A DNA stretch of 64,000 nucleotides from Azolla caroliniana (taxonomy: Eukaryota > Plantae > Polypodiophyta), in the NCBI GenBank assembly GCA_043228905.1, contig JBHGNT010000018.1, positions 10,912,001 through 10,976,000 on the forward strand, given 5' to 3'. Under the pieces are notes generated by a model, which worked only from the letters and a program-made list of their open reading frames with translations, did not search any database and had not been told where the DNA came from. Below are positions 46,164 to 60,100 of the stretch, piece by piece. How positions within the stretch are numbered: position 1 is the first letter of the stretch; each line of letters opens with the position of its first letter. The position numbers were made by a program, and so were the translations under genes.

Positions 46164-49100
46164 ATGGAATGGTTGATGCCACCTCCTCCTCCCCGACGGC
46201 CTCCGAGATCTTCTTCTTCTTCTTCTTCTTCTTCAGCAATAATAATGATGACCACAGAATCCATTGACACAGATGATGTAGCATCCGAAAGCGACACCAC
46301 ATCATATCGCCCCAAGAGGAAGAGCGCCACGAATATTGACGGAGAGAATAGCTGTGAAGTGAAGATCCACAACAATACTACTGATGAAGAGGAGATGATC
46401 AGCAGGTCTGGGGAACCCAAGAAGGAAGCAAGAGAAGAAGAGGAAGACAAGAAAGAACAAGAAAAGGGAAATGGAAAGGAAGAAAACGATTTGAATTCTT
46501 GCCCAAAAATGGGATTGAGTAATTCTGTTTATTCTATACCTAAGTGGGGTGCCGCACCTGCATTCCCTTTCTCTCTTGAAATAATCAAAGATGGCACTCT
46601 TGTTGGCTCCCACGATGTGTAAGAGAGAAATAAAAGGAAGTCATTTGTATTTATTTTTGAGTTTTCAATTTCTTTTAATCTCATATGCATTTAGATTACG
46701 CTTTTAATAGGAAGGAGGTAAGTCTAAGTAGATTAAGGATTAAGTATAAATTGAATTCCTCAGGGATTCTAGATGTACTATTTATTGATTGTCTTAGGAC
46801 TCAGCCCCAGGTGACAGACACTGAAGAGATGTATAGTGAAGGTTTAATGCTAAATGACATTAGGGAGCCATTTGTTGAGAAGAAATACTAGTTACATTCT
46901 GACATTGGGAATCTCGGTGTATATTCTAAAGGTGCATATTTAACCTCGATGTATAGTCAAGACTAATATAGTCAGGATTGTTGTTGCTGCTCAATCTATA
47001 GTATGGCCTCACGTTGGAAGTTCACATGTATAGTTTGTATTAGTATTCTATGTAGCTACATAGAAAAACCTCACATTCGAATAAATATGTGCGTTATTGA
47101 GGCAGAACTCGTGTTTAAGGAATATTTCATGCTTATGGCAGGTCTGGAAAAGGTGCATATATGTTTGGTCGCAGTGATCAGTGTGATTTTGTTCTGGAAC
47201 ATCCATCAATTTCTAGGTTTCATGCAGGTATTTCCTCATCGAATTTCTATGGCATTTATGTTCTTGTCCTTACATTGGTTGAACATGAACCGAATCTCGT
47301 TTTAATACAGTTGTACAGTTCAAAAGACCAAGTGACGTCTTTATCTATGATCTGGGAAGCACCCATGGAACTGTTGTTAATAAAAAACAGGTTAGGAAAG
47401 AGACAGAGAGATTCATGTTCATATAATGTTATATTTTTTATTGTTTTCTCACAGTGAATTATTTTTTAGGTTCCAGGAAAGATGTACATATCTCTGCATG
47501 TTGGTGATGTATTAAAATTTGGTCTGTAAGTTTCAAATGCTAAACCTTTCTCATTTTTCCACACAGCAATTGTCTATACGAACTTCTAAATTGAAACATA
47601 ATACTGGTTTATAGAATTAAAATTTCAGTGGATATGTGTATATTAATGATGGGCATTACTTCGTTCAATGCTCACGATTTACTTCTCTTCCCTATTCCCT
47701 TTATATACAGGGTTATATTTCTCAACACTGGGTTTGTCTTATAAACTGAGCTTTTGGGTTGCATAATACGAATCTGACAAAAAGTAATACATTGTTATTG
47801 AATAAAAGGAAATGAAACATCATCAAAAACTGGAGGCTACTGCCATATCAGCTCATATTGGACATGTTCTGAGTGTTCTTGTTTGAGTAAAAGAACTCTT
47901 GAAGTGCCCTGGTGTTTCTCCTGTTTGTTGCAGAGAACAATTCCAACCTTCATTGGAACATATTGTAGGCAATACTCCTGCAATGAAATTGGTTTGGAAG
48001 GCATGTTAATTCTTCAAAATACAAGGCGCAAGAGACGAGAAACAAGAAACACATGACACACTATATGTGGATTTGTCCCAAAGATTGTGTCCACATTGAT
48101 ATTTCTCTGCAGCATTAATCAAAAACCAATGATTGCGATAACTCTGAACTAATTTCTAATGAGCACAAAATGATGGACTTTGTGCACAAATCCAAAATGC
48201 ACAAGAAATAATTTTGGGAGCCCTAAAATCAGTAAAATGTCATGTAGTTGAAGTTCTAATTTTATCCTGGATTCTGAAACTGTTTAAAAATAAAATTAAC
48301 AATGAGCTTGTACAAACCTTAGCCAAAAGTCTGTAGCTATTGATAACCACAGTTTTAGTTGTATGCAATACATGCAATGAAGAGAAATGCCAGTCTTTGC
48401 CATTGACTGATCACCTCAAGTTGAGCATGTTTATTCTCTACTTAAATTGACGTGTGGCTTCTTTTTGTTTTGTATTTTAAAAAGCAACTATCTTCTTTTC
48501 TAAGCTTTGTGTTTCGGTTTCTTTCGCTCAGTATCTGAGCTTGATTCAGTAAGCAGGACCCTATACACTATTTAACAGGCACTCCTCCAGAATTGTGTTG
48601 GCAAAGTCTCGTATGAAACTAAACCAGAACTCATGAAAATAGTGAACAGGCATAGTCTGTATTCATTTCTTAGAGGTTAATCTTCCGTAAAGTTATCTAC
48701 TGCATACAAAGTCATTGCAAGTCGCCAATGAATGGTATAGGTTTATTCTATTTTCTTATTTTACCATCAAAAGGACCCCGGTGTCGGAGAGATATCATAG
48801 AACATAAAAAATGCATCCCCATTTGCACTGCTAGTGATTTTACTTTGGGTATTTTAATCTGTATACAGAAATTTTTTGTGACTTGTAGGTGCATCCATAG
48901 ATTGTGAATTGTTGAATATCACTGTATACAAGTTAGCTATTCTCTAGAAACGGGCTGAATGGATCATAATTCTTTTTTCCTAGGAGTTCCTAACTTCTGT
49001 TTAGGACTAGCATCTGATGTGGCATCTCTATCAGATAGTCAAATGTGAATGAAGTGCAATTATAAGACATCAATGATGGTAAATACCTGCTAATAGGTAG

Positions 49101-52100
49101 GTGGGCTGGCAATGCTCGGCTTTTTGGTAAATTGTGTGGTGTTCATGTGGCTCATGCTAGATTGACTGTATTTTGGACCAGATTCATGAATCTATTTGAA
49201 GTGGCTAGCTTCGTTTCAAGCCTTAATATTACTTCCTCACATAGTCACCTTCATCTTGGGGTAGGTCCCGTGATTTTCTTCCATCTCTCAGTGTATCTGC
49301 TACCTTGTCTAACCTATATGCTGTGCATGCTAACTTTGAATCTTCCTCAGGATCACTGTACCGATTTTTCTTGATCATTCATCTGCTTTTCTCTTTTCTC
49401 TTTTTTCCTATTATGTAATCTTTTTGAAATTTATTTCATTTGGTTTTGATTATACCTTTGTATATGTTATAATTCTAGCTACTAGAATTTGGTCTTTATC
49501 TAAGAATGATTTCAGTGTCTCGATTTTACTTGCTGTTGCACATTTATGTTTATTGTATGTTGTAAAAGGATGAGTAGGCCAGAAGCCCTCTTCACTGTAT
49601 ATTGTTTTAATGCATGTCCATTGTGTACTCATCTACAATGAGATTATGGAAATATTGAATTTGTTTATGCAGATCTTCTAGATTATATGTGCTGCAGGGT
49701 CCAAATGAGCTAATGCCAAAGGTAGCTTTCTATAATCTTTGTATTCTCTTTATATCTATTATGTTTTAATATCTTTGACTTTTATTTTTTTCAGGAGAAA
49801 CCTACAAAGGTACAAAGAGAATTGCTTCAACAGTCTGAAACTGCCTTTGAGGTTGCTGAAAGGGAGGCATCGCTTCAACGTGCAAGAAGAGATGCATTAC
49901 AAGCTGAAGGAGCCAGTTGGGGAATGATGGAGGATGCATTCGAAAATGAAACACAGGTTTAATAAAGTTTGTTATTTGTCCTACCTCTTTAAGATGTTTC
50001 TTAGTATTACATACATCTCATGTGCTATGCTTCTTCTTTTGTAGGAAGAAGAAGAACTCACATGGCAGACGTATAAAGGTCAACTTACTGAAAAACAACA
50101 AAAAACTCTTGAAAAGATACATAAGCGGAATGAGAAGGTAGGAGATTGATTCATTTGCTTATGATGTGAGGGTAGGGTATGCATATATGGATTTTCCTAA
50201 GCTTTTTGGTTTTTCATGTAAAAAGATTTCTAGTTTGAAGAAGGAGATTGATGCAATACAAGTGAAGGAGATTCCCCAAGGAGGTCTGACACAAGGACAA
50301 CAAACTCAAGTTGCACGGAACCAACAAAGAACAGAGCAGGTTTATTTATTTATTCTTTATAAGTAAGCATTTATAAATCATGTTTGTGGAGTTGTCTGAT
50401 ATTAAAGGAAAACATAATTTTCAGCTCATGGAAGAACTTGAAAACCTTGAGGAAACTTTGAACCAAAGCATTCAAGAAAGTGTTGGTGCACGAACCAAGA
50501 AAGGATCATTTAGAAAAGGAGATGAAGAGGAGAACAATCTGAGGTTCACAAGTGTGTTGCATGTGTTCTTTCTGTTCGGTTAACAATTTCTGTTTTAATG
50601 GGCTATTTGGATTACTTGATATTGCAGTGATGATGATGATGATGATTTTTATGACCGCACGAACATTGGCAAAGCGAAATCCAATTCGACGAAAAGCCCC
50701 CTCATCCAAGTTGTAGAAACTGCAGAAACTTTGCTTGAGAAAAGGGAGAAGATTTTGAAGGATATTGAAAAGTTCTCTGAGTTACTCCATATTGAGGAAA
50801 TGAATCCACTCAAGGTCTCTCAAGATAAGGAGTCTCTTGACCCCTTGGATGCATTCATGACAGATGTATCATCTAAACTAGGTAAAAATCATCATTTGAA
50901 GTGATGCTAATGTCTAATTTCTAGTTACATGATTCCGTTAAGGAATCTTTAGGGAGGATATTCTTTGAAAATATAAACTCAAATATGGGTAGAGTTCGCA
51001 CTTCATAGGCAATGTGTTTCTAATAACTTAATGAAAACATTCATAAGCTTTTTTGTTAGAAATAGTGAGAATCAACTAGACAAGCATGCAGAGGTATAAT
51101 CACAAAGATGTATGTGTCAATACGAACTTTCTATTACATATGAGAGTAGCTCACAATGGTAGTCCTTAAAACTTAGATGGGATCTGGACTAGTCGACTAC
51201 AAAATTAGTTGACACAGATAATAGTCACAACTGTTGTGTAAGAAAAAGAGTGGATAATTGTATATTGTGTTTGATCTTATTGTCACATTAAATGTGAAAG
51301 TGAGTTGATAGTAGTGTGATATTCCTTTCTTGTAAACTGACTTGTCATTTAATTTGACCTAGCTCCATAGATTCAAGCTAGTGCTAGATAGTACTTATCT
51401 TAAAGTCAATGGCACATACTTCAAGACTAAGTACATCTTAACCTGCCAACAGAGAATATTATTCTAGTCAACCTGACTAGTCAATCCCAATACCATACTT
51501 CCCTCTTTCTTAAATACCTTCTCCTACTCATCTATGGTTTCCCACATTGACACCTCATCGACCTATATGGTCTCGGGCTGCATAATAGCTACTCATTTGG
51601 GGTGCTATCACAAACTGTGCACTCAAGAATACATGTGGGGATAAACTGACAACCTGAAGTTAATCATTGATATATCCAACATTTTTTATGTAGTGTTGCT
51701 TTCCATCTTATATCCTTGTTTTACATTCACCGTCATCACATTTAAGTACCTCGTATGTCTTATATATTCCTTCAATAGCGAAAACCCATTTTATGAAGCA
51801 CTTTAGAGATGTTTGACAGCTCATTGTATTAGAATGCTTCTTTTTATCTTGCATCATACCTTTATCACATAATTACATGGATTTTCTGGATGCTCATGTT
51901 ATATAGAGATAGATAGTACTATATGACCTAAAGTATATGTGCAAGTAATTAAACCAAGAGGCCATCCTTTTCTCTGGAGCATGAATATTCTAATCGGGTT
52001 TAATTCTTGTTTTATAAACAGAAAGTGATCGAGTATCTGGGCTTAAAAAGGAGATAGAAAAGCATCAAGGTGATTTATATAGGATTAATTGTCTCCTCAA

Positions 52101-52973
52101 AATTGCGGATCCGACTGGAGAACAAGAAAGGAACTGGCAGAAATCACCTCAATCACAAATCCAAGTCACTGATATGATTCAGAAGAGGGCATCGGAGATA
52201 TCTAAAGAGCAAAAGTTGAGAACTAGCAATGAAATCAACAATGCATCTGAGAAAGAGTCAGGAGAAAAGAAAGAGACTTGCACACCAATGCTTACCGAGG
52301 TTGATGTTAAAAAAGAAAAAGAACAAGTGGTTAAAAATGGTCCGTTGTGGCTTGGTCAGGCTAGAAACGATGTAGATGAGGCAACAAGCACCACTGTTGA
52401 CATTGAAGATGGTAAAAAGTTCATGGAATACAAAGACAGACATAAAGTGAAGTTGGGATTGGAGGAACAGGAAAATTTGGAAGATGGTATAATACCCTTA
52501 GATGCGAGTGGTCTAATTTTAAGAAAGAAAAAGAATGTTGTTCCGAAGGAGGATACATGTGATGGAGAAGATAATGAAGGAGAGGATGACAAAAGCTTGT
52601 GGGAGGGAGCTGCGGCTGCTGCTGCTGACAAAGTTGCTTTATTGTTGAGGCATCAAAGAGGGTTAGGTGCGGCTGTAGAACAGGAATTTCAAGAGGAAAG
52701 CGGATGGTTGAAGGAAGAACAACCTGCAAGTGCACCGACAAAGAAAAGGAAACTTGGACCTGAGAGACCAGATTTCCTGAATAAAGCAACAACAAAGTTT
52801 CAAGCTTGGGTACCACCTTCAGGTGGGTCTATATTTATTACATAACGAATTCAGATTTGCTTTATTTTCGATGTATAGAGTGAATTTGGCCATATTATTT
52901 AACTGTATACATGTGTTTTTCAGGGCAAACTGGGGATGGGAAAACTGCACTAAATAAGAAATATGGCTACTGA
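46164..52973 (+). CDS. SLC4A1AP: Kanadaptin / SLC4A1AP-like FHA-domain nuclear protein, 12 coding exons, ~772 aa
   Basis: GT-AG exons with consistent phase: 46164-46618, 47142-47227, 47311-47390, 47470-47525, 49673-49721, 49795-49956, 50045-50137, 50226-50339, 50425-50543, 50628-50881, 52022-52822, 52924-52973. Motifs: FHA (FGR...HPSISRFHA...DLGSTHGT..N), [29 protein letters not shown] and C-terminal [21 protein letters not shown]. Confidence 0.92.
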
Positions 52974-53382
52974 TCCATGTTGTATCTTGGACAACTAATT
53001 GCATGTAGAGAAAAAGAGAGAGGGAGTAGAGAGAATTCGTTGCGTAAAAGTCACGGAAGAAAGAAGTGATTAAATGCAAAGGGGAAGTAGTGGTTGATAT
53101 TGCTCTTTATGAGGGATTGATTGCTATTTTCATCAACAGAGCGGTGAGCTCGATTGGAACTCCTGACCTATGGGCTTATTCCAACTATTCCCTCTATGGG
53201 ATGAATTACTATTTGCAGCAACTGAGGGATGAGTGTGATTGGAACTCCTGACTTATCTATGGGCACCCTTAGACTACATGCCGGATTGTACTAGCTATTC
53301 CTGCAATGGTTTGTAATGGAAAGAGACAGACTATAATGCAAAAACCATATGATGTAAAACACAGGATGTGCAAAGTTCAGAA

Positions 53383-53570
53383 ATGTTTTGCTATGAGTAG
53401 TATTAGGATAATGGGAATTTGCTTAGTTCCATCTACCAATTTGATTAAGTAATGAATGTTTTGCTATGAGTAGTATTAGGATAATGGGAATTTCCTTTGT
53501 TCCATCTACCAATTTGATTAAATAATGAATGTTTTGCTATGCGCAGCATTAGATAATGGGAATTTGCTTA
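53383..53570. repeat. ~73-bp tandem repeat x~2.6 downstream of the gene
   Basis: ATGTTTTGCTATGAGTAGTATTAGGATAATGGGAATTT... occurs three times. Confidence 0.8.
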
Positions 53571-53894
53571 GGTGGTCATACTCGAACTTGAATCAATTTT
53601 TGCTGACACATTTGCCAATAGGAGTAATCAAGCTAACTGTCATATTTACACATACAATAAGAGTAGGTAACAGGCGACATGTTCTATACAAGAAGTAAAT
53701 CTGTGTTAAGCATGTTCAAGCTTGTGTGAACCATTAATGTGTAACATGCATATTTCCAAAAAGTATCAAGCTCAATTTTGTTAGAATGTCAAATTAGAAT
53801 TTTCTTACCCTCTTTGGAGTTGCAAGGACAAAATGGAAGAGAGTCGGTTCTTAAATATAAGAGATTAAGGTAGGGTGTTGATTACACCTAGATG

Positions 53895-54360
53895 TATGCA
53901 AATGAAGTGTCCAAGTGTTTGAGTGTATATGCATTTGAGAGTAAGTATGTGCTTGCTTGAATGCATGATGCACCTATGTGTGTGTGCTTCGTGCATGTTA
54001 TGTGCTTTTGTATGAACATGTGGGATGTTTAGCAGTGGTTATGTGTGCGTATATAAGTAGGTAATTATGGTGTAGTTGTATGAAGGAACTATGTATTTGT
54101 GCTTGTGTGAGTGTATATGTATATATATATGAATACGTGCAATTGAAGTATCCAAGTGTTTGAGTGTATATGCATTTGAGAGTAAGTATGTGCTTGCTTG
54201 AATGCACCTATGTTTGTGTGATTTGTGCATGCTATGTACTTTTGTATCAATATGTGGGATGTTTAGGAGTGGTTATGTGTGTGTATATAAGTAGGTAATT
54301 ATGGCTTAGTTGTATGCAAGAACAATGCATTTGTGCCCGTGTGAGTGTATATGTGCAAAT
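53895..54360. repeat. ~240-bp TG-rich tandem duplication
   Basis: GAAGT(G/A)TCCAAGTGTTTGAGTGTATATGCATTTGAGAGTAAG at ~53904 and ~54145. Confidence 0.8.
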
Positions 54361-55009
54361 GTTCAAAAGTCTGTTTGTATATGTGTGTGTGTGTATATAT
54401 CTATATCTATATCTATCTATATGTAGATAGATAGATAGTTATGTGCAAATATATGTATGTCCACGTAATAGGTATACGTGTAAGAATAAAGTATTGATAA
54501 GTAGGGGAGGGATATTTGGGGAAAAACGTTTACCTACATGTGGGTGGGGGAATTGATGTTTTTGTTTCTTAGTTACGAAAAGTTATGTGAAGGAGAAAAG
54601 GGAAAGGTTGACTTGGATGACATGGAAATGTAGGTGGTAACGTTGTGAGGTGAACTCACCTACATGTGTGCATGGAGGACCGAGGATGACAGAAGTAGAT
54701 GATCAACAAACAACAATGACAAAAGATGTAGTGTAGAAGCTGCAAAGGAAATATGATGATTGTTTGGCAGCAACACCTATGGGTGAAGGATGGTGGTTGC
54801 AAGGGGCGTTTGACAACAAGCGGTGGTGACAAATGACAATGATTGATAATAGATGGAGGCGACCGACAACAACGAGTGAAATCATACGACCAATGTTGAG
54901 GAAGGTGGTAGAGCTTGGAATTGAGGGATCAACCCTCAATTCGAAGACTTGAGTCAAGGTCTAAGCCTTTCACTTGAGGGTTGCCTAAGACTTCGACTCT
55001 AGCTAATGT

Positions 55010-55195
55010 GGAAGGCTCAACCTTTGATTCAAAATTTCAATCAAAGCCTCAAGCTTCATTCAATTGAATCAAAAGTTCAACCTTCAGTCAAATTGAATAA
55101 AAGGCTCAACCTTCATTCAAATTGAATCAAAGGCTCAACCTTCATTCAAGTTAAATCAAAGACTCAACCTTCATTCAAATTGAATCGAAGGCTCA
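55010..55195. repeat. ~29-bp minisatellite
   Basis: GAATCAAAGGCTCAACCTTCATTCAAATT repeated head-to-tail ~5-6 times. Confidence 0.8.
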
Positions 55196-56127
55196 TCAAG
55201 GGATAACCTTTGACTCACGACTTTCCTAGAGTCAAACGCTCCCCTTTTCAATAAATTATAAATCTAGCCCTCCCTTGCGGAGGAGAGGGGGATTTGAAAA
55301 TTTATGTTCTTTTCCGCATTAGGTGCCATATGGCAAATGGAATGTTGTCTTTGGTTGACATAGCAGGTTCGACCCGCACCGTCCCAAAATTACATGCAAG
55401 CTCATAAATATTTGCATGTCGGAATCGAGTTCCAAAAATTCCAACACGATCCTCGTAGCAAGTTCTTCCCATTGGCGCAACAATTTTCCAAGCACAAATA
55501 GTATGCAAATCTCTCTTTATTTATTTTACTCTAAATCAAAATTGTTTTATGCCTCGAGCTCGAATTTTTGAACCGAAAAGTTTACCGTGACCTTTATTCA
55601 ATTCCAAATCATTATAGTCAAAAGATTAGCAAGAAATAATTATATAAGGATATCAAAATACATATTATATTAAGGTTCTCAATTCGAATGGATACTTGAT
55701 GAGGTAAAATTGACTCTGTTATATGGACTAAGGTACGTAAATAAGATAGAAGTAGAGCTTTGGAAGGAGATGTAGGAAGGAGGTTCGAAAGTATGTGTGT
55801 GAGAACCTGTTGATCTATGAACAACAAACGACACATATATGTAGCAATATGAAGAAGAAGATAGACACAGTTCAAGCTTCAATGGAAGTTCTCTGTTACT
55901 CTGTAACTCTCTCTACAAGACTCAAGATACAAGAAGGTTATATCGTTACAACGTTAGGTTAGAGCTTATACACTCTAGACCTAACTATCGGACGTGTTCA
56001 CACTCATATGGATACAAAGCAGAAGGAGTCGGCCTTTTATGCCAACAAACTTCCTCGTAAAAGGACTACTCTTTCCTATGTATACAATTGATTTGGGATT
56101 ATCTCCCCCGTAAACCTAGATTACAAG

Positions 56128-57125
56128 TGAAAAGAGTAGCGTGCAGAAGCTTATAGATGAAACCGGCTTCACCGGATAGTAATAGAGAGTAAGCACAAGT
56201 TTAATCGAAGCTTCACAACAGAGAATACACAGGAGAGACAAAGAGAGCAGAATAACATAGACTCAATTTCCAAATAATAACACTCTATACATACAATGTG
56301 CTCAATGAGCACTTTTATACAAGTCCATAAAGGATTGATAGAAGTATTGACATGTACTTCAATGCTCATACGAGCGACTGACACTAACTCCAAGGAATAT
56401 GCCTACGTACTAGGCGAAGGTTGTAGGCCTCTAACGGCCTACCGGTTATAATCCGGTCCATCTCTCCGATTCGGCTCTGGCTTATTCAGCCGACCCAGAT
56501 CTGGTTGAGCTTGTCTGCTCAACACTTCCCCTCAAGCTCAACTTGAGGTCGGATCACTAAGTTAGTGTCTGCTGAACCTTACATCCGGCTCCTCATGGCG
56601 TCTTCCCACCTCGTTCGTGGTCCTCGACCCGTCCGATTCCGCTTTCCACAACCCGTCTGCTCCCGCGCACCTTGACCTTCTTGATCGACTTGTCTGCTCA
56701 TAAGGCCCATCTAAGCTCCTTTGCTGTTGTGACTCTAGCGCTTCTTGACCCATCGGTTCTTCCGTGTCGGTGTTGACTTCCGTTGCCTCCTCGTCCGTTT
56801 GGCCTTCAGTTGATTCGGCTCCTCCGAATCAAACACCACTTCCGAATCGGGTGCCTCTGATTCATTCCAGCTCTTGTCCGAATTGGCTGCCTCCAACTCA
56901 TCTTCAACCTTCAAACCCTTCATCACATTAGACCATGTCCGGGTCTTGGCCTTTTTTCCTCTGGCTGACTCTGCCTCCATCGCCGCTTGTTCCGACTTGA
57001 TCGGATGTGCCGACTTCCTTAGTTGACTTGGCTCCCTTTTCCTTCTTGTCTCCCCCTGCTTCGGTTGTTTTCTTCTCCTCGAGTGTTTTTTAGATTTCTG
57101 TTCCAGTTCTCTCTGTACTAATACT
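56128..57125 (-). mobile_element. Copia (H family) 3' end: extra ORF + PPT + 3' LTR
   Basis: LTR 56128-56524 resembles the H LTR; PPT TTGAGGGGAAG; ORF 56735-56980 is homologous to 63403-63795. Confidence 0.8.
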
Positions 57126-60100
57126 TGTCAGGAATAGTACTAAGATACAGAGGGAATTAGTACTAGATATGAGGATTAGTACTAAGAGGGGAAATGATGT
57201 ATTGTCAGGAATAGTACTAAGATAGAGGAGGAATTAGTACTAGAGATGAGGATTAGTACTAAGAGGGAAAAGGTGTAGAACACTAGGGAGGAGAGAGAGA
57301 AAGAGAGAGAAAGAGAGATTGATGGTAACAAACGATATATTATATTATATGAAGAGAATATACAAGAATAGTTAGGAAGCTTAAGATTAGCGTTGAACCA
57401 TTTGTTGTCCGAATTGATTCTCAATAATGCCATGTGCCTCTTTTTATAGTATGCTTAGGAGTACTCTTGATATTTCTATAGAATGGTCTAGAGAAATCTA
57501 GAACATACATGGATTTCCTAAGTGAAATATTAAATGGAAATAATATTCTTTTTATTACAATGTATAGCTTAATGGTAAGGCTTCAACCCATGTGACACAA
57601 GGTCATGGGTTCGAATCACGAGTCGTCTTAGATAGAGGACTTGGATTTTCGGGATATCGTTGATGGAAGTCCTCAATAAGAGCTCGAGCATTTACCACAT
57701 TATTGACTAGTTCCTAAGTACGCTCGCTTGGACTATAGCCTAGCCGATCGATCAAATAGTAGAGCTTGTTGCGAACAATCTTGGAATCAAGGATGGCAGC
57801 AACTTCGTACTCCGGTCCGGCTTGAAGCTCGATCGGGGGTGGAGGTGATGTAATACGATTTGGGATAGGGTTTGAGGAGAGAACTATGGAAAACCAGATG
57901 TATTCGTAGTTGTGGAGGTAGATCAAGACGAAAGGTGACATCATTAATTTTTCCGATAATACGGAAATGACCTAATCATCGATAATCCAATTTATCGCAT
58001 GGTCGAGTAGTCTTGATATGTCGTCGTAATAGCCATACCCGATTTCCAATGTCCAAACAGGATGGAAGCCGATGACGATCCGCATAAGCCTTCTGTGTTT
58101 GTTGAGCTTGATGTAAATGGGTAGATAAATCTACTTGTATCTTGCGTAGCTGCTCCAAATGATGTTCTGCACGAGGATTTGTGGGTAACTCCGGAATTTC
58201 GAGCAGACACCATCGAGGATGATAGCCTGTATAAGTATAAAATGGTGTAACCCTAGTCGATGAGTGGATAGAGTTATTGTAAGAAAATTCGGCAAAGTGG
58301 ACAATATCCGCCCAATCATCTTGTTGATAGCTTAGGGAACACCGAAGATACTGTTCCAGCATTTGATTTGTCCATTCTGCTTGTCCGTCTGTTTGAGGGT
58401 GATAGCCGGAGTAGAGGTTACAAGTGACCTTAAGCATTTTGAAGAGATACTTCCAGAAATTTGAGACAAATTGAGGTCCACGGTCGCTGATGATATTATT
58501 CGGGAGGCCATGGTGCCAAAATACCTCATGCATGACAACTTCAACGGTTTCTTCACTAGTGATTGCCTTAGTACAAGGCAAGAACCGTGCCATCTTAGTA
58601 TATCGATCTACTATTATTAAGATCACATCATCCCTTTGAAATTGGAAGATCTGTGATAAAATCTAGAGAAATGGACTGGCATGGCTTGCTTGGAAGTGGT
58701 AATGGTTCCAATAAACCATATGGATGATGTCTTGGCATCTTTGATCTGCAACATGTATCACATGTCTGAACATAGTCTTCTACAAATTGTCGCATAGGAG
58801 GCCACCAAAATGATTGTTGTACTAAAATCAACATTTTAGTACTACCAAAATGTCCAGATGTATATACGTCATGACAATTTTGGACTAGTCGAAGGCGACA
58901 AGATTCATTGGGAACATACAAGAGTTTCTTAAAGAATAGTAATCCATCATGAAATTTGAATTGTCGATAGTCCGTACCTGGTTGTTGTGATTGTGAACAG
59001 GTTGCTTGCGAGGAATCAATTGCGCTATAATGGCTTGAGCGAAAGCGTTTGTCTTCAAGTCTTCACATATGGTCTCGATAATACAGGAATCCAATGGAGT
59101 GACAAACCCATGTTGCTTGTAGTCATGCTGGTCCCAAGATGACTTGCTTTTGATTATCGAATGTTGGATCACCGGGACAAGGTGCTAGATACGAGTGCTG
59201 TGATAATGCATCTGACTTCCCTTGCTACTTCCCAGGACTATATGTAATTTTGAAGTCGAAGTGAGTGAGGAATTGGGTCCACCGAGCTTGTCGTCGATTT
59301 AATACACGAGCATTTTGGAAATAGGCAATGTTTTTATGATCACTAAATACGGTGATTTGATGAAAAGATCCCTCTGAAAAATGCCACCATTGTGCAAAAG
59401 AGTCCACTATTGCTAATAGCTCCTTGTCATGTATCTTGTAGTTGATTTCGGCGGCATCAAACTTGCGCGAATGGAATGCCACAGGATGTAGTTTTTCATC
59501 ATTGCCTTGTTGTGACAGAATGCTACCAAGGGCGAAATTCGACGTGTTTGCCTCCATGATGAACGGTTTTTTCGGATCAACATGAGCTAGAATAGGAGCT
59601 AATGTAAATGCTTTCTTAAGACTTACAAAAGCTGTATTCGCTTCCTTAGACCAAACAAACGATTGCCCTTTCCTTTTAAGTTGTGTGAGGCAAAATAAGC
59701 TTTGAGTAGTCCTGTATAAACTTGTGGTAGAAATTTGTGAAGCCTAAAAAACATTGCACATCTTGCAATGAACAGGGATTCTACCACTCTACCACCGTTT
59801 TGACCTTAGCTGGATCCATGGAGATGCCTTCTGAGGACATGACATATCCTAGAAATTCCACAAGATTGCAGTCAAAACTACATTTTTCCAGTTTTGCATA
59901 AAGACCATGTTCTCAAAGTCGTTTTAGTACTAATAGTACATGAGAATCATGCTCTTCTTGAGTTTTTGAATAAACTAGTAGATCATCCAAATATCCAAGA
60001 GATCTCGAAATATATCATTTGCCATGTGCTGGAAGATTGTTGGTGCATTGGTGAGATCGAAAGGCATAACCGTATACTCGAAGTGTTCGTATCGGGTGCA

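Noticed and set aside
45838-46450. - strand hydrophobic ORFs opposite kanadaptin exon 1
   Set aside because: They are products of (GA)n, (CA)n and (TCT)n low-complexity sequence.
55010-55195. CRISPR-like 29-bp repeats
   Set aside because: The repeats are contiguous with no unique spacers, no cas genes, and a eukaryotic context; this is a minisatellite.
55600-56127. Possible additional LTR or other TE fragment
   Set aside because: No second copy, termini or TSD could be established within the window.
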